From: Verrucomicrobiota bacterium
Lineage (GTDB): Bacteria > Verrucomicrobiota > Verrucomicrobiia > Opitutales > T3Sed10-336
Length of the DNA stretch: 43,990 nt
Reading direction: 5' to 3'
Assembly (NCBI GenBank): GCA_003565135.1
Contig: PXDC01000053.1
Location: 1 to 43,990 of the forward strand
The translations under genes and the position numbers were made by a program. Every line of letters starts with the position of its first letter. The first letter of the stretch is position 1. Positions 43,836-43,990 of this stretch are shown piece by piece. The notes under the pieces are model-generated. The model did no database searches and had not been told where the DNA came from. It saw only the letters and a list, made by a program, of their open reading frames with translations.

Positions 43836-43990
43836 TCAGGCAAGTTCGGTGATGGACCCGAAATCGGGATCGAAAAGGCGCTTGTAGGTGCGGATGGCCG
43901 CGCTGTCCGTCAGCGACGCGAGGTAGTCCGCAATCCGGCGAACCCGGCCCCGCCGGTCGGTCTCACCCTCGACCAGGGCCGTCACCGATG
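43836..43990 (-). CDS. dgt: C-terminus of a dGTP triphosphohydrolase-like HD protein; enters from the window edge
   Basis: Manual translation ...[46 protein letters not shown] is the typical dGTPase C-terminal motif. Confidence 0.65.
   Translation of the reverse strand, partial: SVTALVEGETDRRGRVRRIADYLASLTDSAAIRTYKRLFDPDFGSITELA

Overview
A GC-rich bacterial chromosomal segment. Gene content and protein style suggest Verrucomicrobiota, probably Opitutales (inference; no marker gene in the window). About 33 CDS are supportable; no rRNA, tRNA, CRISPR array or mobile element was seen. The housekeeping backbone is dacB (partial), valS, glnD, surE, an RluD-like synthase, a Tat-type Fe/Mn SOD, rpmI-rplT-pheS-pheT-gatC-gatA-gatB and a dGTPase 3' end. 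pheT carries a 1-nt frameshift, most likely a sequencing error. The most interesting locus is 25371-31149 (+). It encodes a full-length FabF-like ketosynthase lacking its catalytic Cys and first His, a soluble REC-GAF-PAS histidine kinase, a translationally coupled FadL/OmpP1 outer-membrane lipid channel and a second soluble REC-histidine kinase, followed by a phasin-like gene. This looks like a candidate fatty-acid/lipid sensing system built around a pseudo-enzyme (hypothesis). Other notable items are a stand-alone protein with seven helicase-associated (HA) repeats and no helicase, a secreted acidic Ig-domain protein with a putative C-terminal sorting domain, a double-GAF kinase behind glnD, and several structured or AT-rich intergenic regions. 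Family assignments come from motif recognition by eye, not database searches.
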